Below, one piece after another: positions 57,281-64,000 of a stretch of 64,000 nt of DNA. Made by a program: the position numbers and the translations under genes. The notes beneath the pieces were generated by a model. The model saw only the letters and a program-made list of their open reading frames with translations, was not told the origin of the DNA and searched no databases. Source of the DNA: the human T2T-CHM13v2.0 reference genome, Homo sapiens. Each line of letters begins with the position of its first letter. Positions within the stretch are counted from its first letter, which is position 1. The stretch lies in assembly GCF_009914755.1 (NCBI RefSeq), contig NC_060944.1; one strand, 5' to 3'.

Positions 57281-57730
57281 CTGTATCGGTAAACTATCAC
57301 TGAGTAACAAACCACCTCAAAACTCAGTGACTTAAAATGACTAGTATTTATTCTTGTTCATGTGACTACACAAGAGGCAGCTAGTCAGCTGGGAACCTAG
57401 GCTTCAAGTTGCCGATCTAGCTGGCCTGGGTTCTAGGCTGGCAGCTGGGCTCAGGTCTACTTTCCATGTCTGCTATCCCCATTGGATCTGCAGTCTGACT
57501 GGAGTGTATTCTCATGGCAATGGTGGAAGCACTAGAGGAAAAACTCCCTGTGCAAATCCATGTCAAGGTTTGTCTGACATATGGCTATGAATATCCCATT
57601 GACCAAAGCAACTCACACAGCTGAGACTCAAGACAATGAACAGGGAAGCATGCATTACATCTACTGGGAAGAACCCCTATGGCCAAGGGGTGGATACAGA
57701 CAGGGAAAAGAACTGGGGCAATGAGTTTCT
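57281..57730 (-). mobile_element. MLT1H-like LTR
   Basis: 'gtaacaaaccacctcaaaactcagtgacttaaaa', 'atcccattgaccaaagcaa'. Confidence 0.75.
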
Positions 57731-57734
57731 TTAC

Positions 57735-57860
57735 ATGGAATATGGTGCTAACAAAGTGACTTCACTCATAGACCTGTTTTGAGCATTAAATAAGATAATC
57801 CATGTAAAGCATTTAGCACAGTGTAGGCACATAATTGGCACTTAATAAATGTCAGCTATG
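57735..57860 (+). mobile_element. MIR 3' fragment
   Basis: 'attaaataagataatccatgtaaagcatttagcacagtg'. Confidence 0.75.
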
Positions 57861-59109
57861 TTAGTAATGAAGATTCTCATCATTCTATGACCCTAATGTA
57901 ATGAAAGATTTTACACAAGAAAGGCATGTGTAGTCAGGGGAAGTTGGAAAATGTTGGAATAAGTTTAGTGGTGAAATTTTAGCCAGGCCTTAGAAAAAAC
58001 GGGCAGAATTTTCATGAAAAGAAGGAGGGAGAGGGTGTCACTGAATGACAAAGAACAAAAACAAAAAGCCTAGAGGCAAAATAACATGGATCCAAAACAC
58101 GGATTGTGTTTGGAGTTTTAGGTGAATTAACCACCCTTTATTTCCATCACTTTTCTTTTAAAATCCTTGAGGTGAATTGTCATTCCCAATCCTGCTGTTT
58201 GTTTGGAAAGAGAACAGAGAGTACACTTATAATAAACCAGCTGTAAACCTGTGTTCTCAGCTTGGAACTTCCTCCAGCACTTCCCCTCCCTGGGCAGGTG
58301 CTGCTTCCCAGGGGTCTCCTTCCATCCTGAATGGAAAGCTTGTCTGCAGTAATCCAAGGGTGCCAGGAATTAGGAAAGACGCCTTGAGGGCTCGATCCTG
58401 CCTTATAGCCATGAAGAATGGCTATTGCTTATGTGCAAGACTCCAGGAAGAGCCCTGAGTCTCCATGAATTCTTTTGTTCTCCCTGAGCAGCAGGGATTT
58501 GAAGCAGAGGACCCTGTTAGCAATGAATATTGTGAGCGCTTCTGTCCAAGCCTCCTGTATATGCCACACTCAACTTTCCCGGCCCTGCCCTTGTGGCAGC
58601 CTGCTGCCTTGCTCGCACCCTGGTGTGCTGATTAACCAACAGGGGCAGAGAGCCTGCTGCTGACACAGCCCAAGTTGTCCAGGCCTGTTAGCATCCCCCT
58701 CAATAGACACAGCCTGAAAAAAGGTGAGGGGCTTTCCTCCCCTCCTAGGAAACATATGTGTACTCTGAGGGTGTGCTTTTGAAGACAAACCTTTAGAGAA
58801 ATCATACATAGAATAAAGTCAAGCTTGGAATTCTTCCAGCTTTAACATCATCCTACGTCTCCCTTTTCATCTCACCTCACCCTACCCAAGGAAGCATGGT
58901 TTGAAACCTCTTCAAATGCTTTCGGCTTTCAACTCTAGCCTTCAAATGGATTTTGACAAATTATTGTTCAAAACCATTTTATCTGGTTATTCCTGTCTGT
59001 ATCGATGCTTTTCAGAGTGGTTGTGTCCTTACACACATTAAGGGATGCAAGTTAAAGGAGATGGTGATGGCTGTCCAGTTATTTAACAAATATTCAGTGT
59101 TGAAGATGT

Positions 59110-59815
<706 letters not shown>

Positions 59816-60444
59816 TCGGCTGTGGGCCAGGCATGGCTCTCGGCACTTTTCATACCTTAGCCCACTTAATACTCACAACTGCCATCCTTAAGAATTAAGG
59901 AAACCAAGGTCGGGGCAGGCTAACTAACTTGCCCGAGCTTCCTCTTAGTAAGTGGCAAAAATGTCTGCCTTTCTCCAAATTCCATAATCTGTATGCTGCC
60001 TCACCATTTTAAAAACAGCAAAGGCAGCTTAAGGCATGCAAAAATGTGGACCATTTGTTGAACAAATGAATGAATAAATGAGATGTCAAAGCAAACAGGA
60101 AGGTGGTCAAATGTACAGTAAAATGATCTTTCTGTAGGAATGTCAGGGATGAGTACCAGGGAATCTACACTGGGATTCAGCTGTGTATGAGTGTGTCTGA
60201 TGCACGGATAGATCTGCGGCCATGGGTAAAATCAAAACCCCATAAGAGAGCTGCACACTAGATTCATCAAAGTGAGGGTGGAAGGAGGAAGAGCTACCAC
60301 ACTTAAATGGAGGTATTTGAGAAAGGAACTATTTACAAGAGTGTAGACAGATCTAAAAGAAACTTACAAGGGACGGTGAAGCTTTCTGTGTCTGACAACA
60401 GCAGGCAGCCATTATCACCTGTAAGACTGAATAGACTTTTTGGA

Positions 60445-60595
60445 AAATATTTTAATACTTGTGCCAATATAATTCATATCCTTTGTAATCTAATGTATTT
60501 TATTTTGTGCATTTAAAGCTATTTGGAAAAGGGATACAGGGCTTCACCAGATTGCCAAAGGGTTTCATAGCACCAAAAAAGTGAAAAACTCCCAT
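60445..60595. mobile_element. MER103-like hAT fossil
   Basis: 'ggcttcaccagattgccaaagggtttcatagcac'. Confidence 0.55.
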
Positions 60596-61179
60596 AGAGG
60601 GCACTGGGAACACTGCATCTACCTTCAAGAGGCTTTCTTCAAAAAGTGGAGAAGACAGAATGGTGCAGAGGGCGCACTGGGACACAAAGCATGGCAGGAT
60701 AAACCTGCCTGAAGGATGGAAAAAGATTGCATAGAGGAAATAATACTTAAACTGAGTTTTAGAAGACAGGTGCATGTCCACCAGGTGGGCAAAAGAGTGG
60801 AGTAAATGCAAGAGGCTGCTAGAGAGGGAGGAACATGGAAAAGGAGAGGTCTCTGCAGAGAAAGCAAGTTACCCAAACACGCAGGAGCAACAAGATAGAG
60901 AGGTGTCAGCAGGTACAGAAAGAGTTGAGAAGAAGCCAAGAAAAAGCTGAGGTATTTCCGTGAACTTGGAGAACTGTTAAAGGACTCCATCCCAGGAAGG
61001 ACACGATCACATCTATATCAACTGTAGAATCATCACATGGTCTACTGTGTAGAGAATGAAAGAAGAATGCAAGGGTGGGAGATAAGGAAACACATTAGGA
61101 CCCTGTTGCCAGAATCAAGGCTCAGTGTCACGAGAGCCTGAAGTAAGGTGGTGCCTGAGACCAGCATGTGTGGCCCACT

Positions 61180-61590
61180 TGGAAGCCACTGAATAATGCA
61201 CCAGAACACACCAAAGGCTTTCTGCGACTCTCTTCCAAAGGCGTTTTCTGGCAGAAGGAGGATGCTTGGCCTGTGTATAGACCCTCAAGGCACTAAGGGA
61301 GATAATGTCCCAGGAGCAACCCTCAATTAATGAGGGATGGGAGTAGGTGGATAAATACTCCAGCTTCCTCACCCCCTAGGCCAACTCTGCTGAGGCATGT
61401 TCAGTGCTGTTTCTTAGAGGACACCAGTGAGGGTGAGCTTCGCTTGCCCACAGTAGTAACTTGATGTCTTCCTTTCTCCATATCGTTTCTCCACATTCTC
61501 ACAGTTTTTCCTGGAATCACCTCCCAAATAAACCACTTGAACTCAAACCTGATTTCAGGGTCTGATCTGGGGGAAATCCAGACTACAACA
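61180..61590 (+). mobile_element. LTR16A/E-like LTR nested in a minus-strand L2 (about 60650-62010)
   Basis: 'ggtggataaatactccagcttcctc', 'cacctcccaaataaaccacttg...gggggaaatccagactacaaca'. Confidence 0.75.
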
Positions 61591-62929
61591 GGCAGTTTTA
61601 GTGGGTCTGGAGAGATGAGAATGTAGGGGAAAAAGCTGTGAGAGAAGTGGAATTACAGGACCTGGTCGTTTATCAATTGCAGAAGTGCAGGAATAGGTGG
61701 TATCAAGCATGATGTCAGTTTTTCTTTCTGCTTGTGTGATTGGTAGAAAGATCTGCAATTCTCTGAGCTGGAGATGACAGGAGGGAGAGCAAACTGTGGT
61801 GGGACGGCATAATGAATTACGTATGGGCACCATGAGTGAACTACCCCTACGACTCTGGACGGAGATGTCCAACAGGCAGTTGGAAGTTCAGAGGTAGACA
61901 CTCATGGAGTGAGTTGGGCTGGGGGGCTTTACTTGGAGGCATCTAGGATTTTGATGAGATTTTTCCAGAGAAAGTCTAGGGAACTTAAACTTAGACCTTT
62001 TGAACAGGACAACTGTGGAAGGTGCTGTCTTTCAAGTTGGCTTATTTCCTGCCTAATTCTGACTCTGCCACCTGCCCCTTACACCCTAGTTGCCCTGAAC
62101 TCAGTCGAAAGAATTTTCCCGTCTAAAACTTCTTCTGGCAATAGAAAGTCACGACTTTTTGGTTTTTCTGGGATATTATTGACTGTGATTGTGTTGACAA
62201 GAGTATGTGCCTTTCTCTTCCTTGTTTTGGTTTCTACAAAAGCAAGTATTATTTGTAGAGTGGACATATTATTTATCATCCAAATCAGGATACTTTCGAG
62301 AGTAAAAGAGAGCACTAGTTATAATTATAGTTATAATTATACCACAGTATTAAGCATCAATTGAAACTATCTTAAGCAAATCAAGACATGGTTATGCTGA
62401 TTATCTAATTAAAAATGTAGACCACCTCGAATCTTTCTACAAGTATGTGGATGTAAAAATAACACACAGGGTGAAAGAGAAAGACAGAGAGAAAGAGAGA
62501 AAAAAAAGGGAGGGAGAGAGGGAAACAGGAAGATTAAGGATAAATCAAAGATCCATTTTGAGAGTCCTTTGTGGCACTTTACCTAAAACAGTTTTTTCCT
62601 CCCCTTTCTCTGCCTCTTTCTTATGAGTGCATATAGGGTTATTTAGCTTTTTATCTCCAGCCTATAACCCAGTGCCTCATATACACTAGAGAGTCAGTAA
62701 ATAATTTTTAAATACATGAATGAGCAAGTTTCTCTATTAAAATTCTCCTAAAAATTCCATTTCCAAACTACTCTGGCCAATATGAAATTTTTCCTCCACT
62801 CAAATCCTATGTCATCTCTAGTTTTAATTGCATAATTAAATATTTAATGAAATGCTTTTCTATTTTGTTGATTAATTTAGGCATGGGGATTCTATCTCTA
62901 TTATATTGGTTCTATTAAAATGTACTCCT

Positions 62930-63292
<363 letters not shown>

Positions 63293-63793
63293 TTAAGCTT
63301 ATTGTGAGGATTAAGTCAGCTAATAAATATGAAGAGCCTGGCCAATAATAAGTGCCTATTTTATGTTAGTTATTGTTATTTTTATTATCTCTTCCAGGGA
63401 AGAGATGGGGCCATTGCACTTACTAATATTTGAACAAAAAATAGTGACTTCATTATTTAATGACTTAAAAGCATGTTAACCCAAATATGGTAAAATGGTC
63501 ATGTCTGGTAGACTCATGAATGACATTCAATGTGCAGTGATACCAGATTTAAAAATTATTTTTCCCTGAAGCACTCTAATTTCAATATTTGAAACTATGT
63601 TTGTGGGGTATTCAGTTTTCTTTACTCCTTCATATGAGAGCGTATTGGCTATAGTGAAGTGGGTGGGGAAAAATGCCTGGAATTTAAATTTGAAAACCAT
63701 AGTTTAACAGATTTTCATGGGTTTTCTGAAAGATGACCTTCATTCACTGCTGTTATTAATATTCTTTTTTTGGATTTTATAATATAAAAGTTA

Positions 63794-64000
<207 letters not shown>

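Noticed and set aside
57084-57335. Basic-rich ORF (KKEKRRRRKRRK)
   Set aside because: Low-complexity GA/GGT tract between MIR and MLT1 repeats
61909-62364. 151-aa ORF with hydrophobic segment
   Set aside because: Non-ATG start inside an L2 remnant, T-rich composition, no homologue recognised

Overview
This is repeat-rich, AT-rich, gene-poor primate nuclear DNA. It is almost certainly human, because it contains an AluYb8 with the 7-nt duplication diagnostic of that human-specific subfamily. I see no protein-coding gene, RNA gene, processed pseudogene or CpG island. The ORF track is largely explained by Alu, L1 and low-complexity sequence, or by chance. Content: about 22 Alu elements or fragments (many with readable target-site duplications, TSDs), three 5'-truncated L1 3' ends, older L1M/L2/MIR fragments, a complete solo MER41B LTR, several MLT1/LTR16-type LTRs, DNA-transposon fossils (MER3, MER5, MER63, MADE2), a 377-nt pure-purine VNTR and microsatellites. 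Subfamily calls are from recalled consensus features, not a database search, and boundaries of old repeats are approximate. I found no convincing new biological system. The best leads are modest: the STAT-site-bearing MER41B, a tight cluster of young Alus with an inverted pair, a TEAD/octamer inverted repeat, an exact 26-bp dispersed duplication, a nested template-switch scar, and a few candidate non-coding exons, enhancers and a small ORF.
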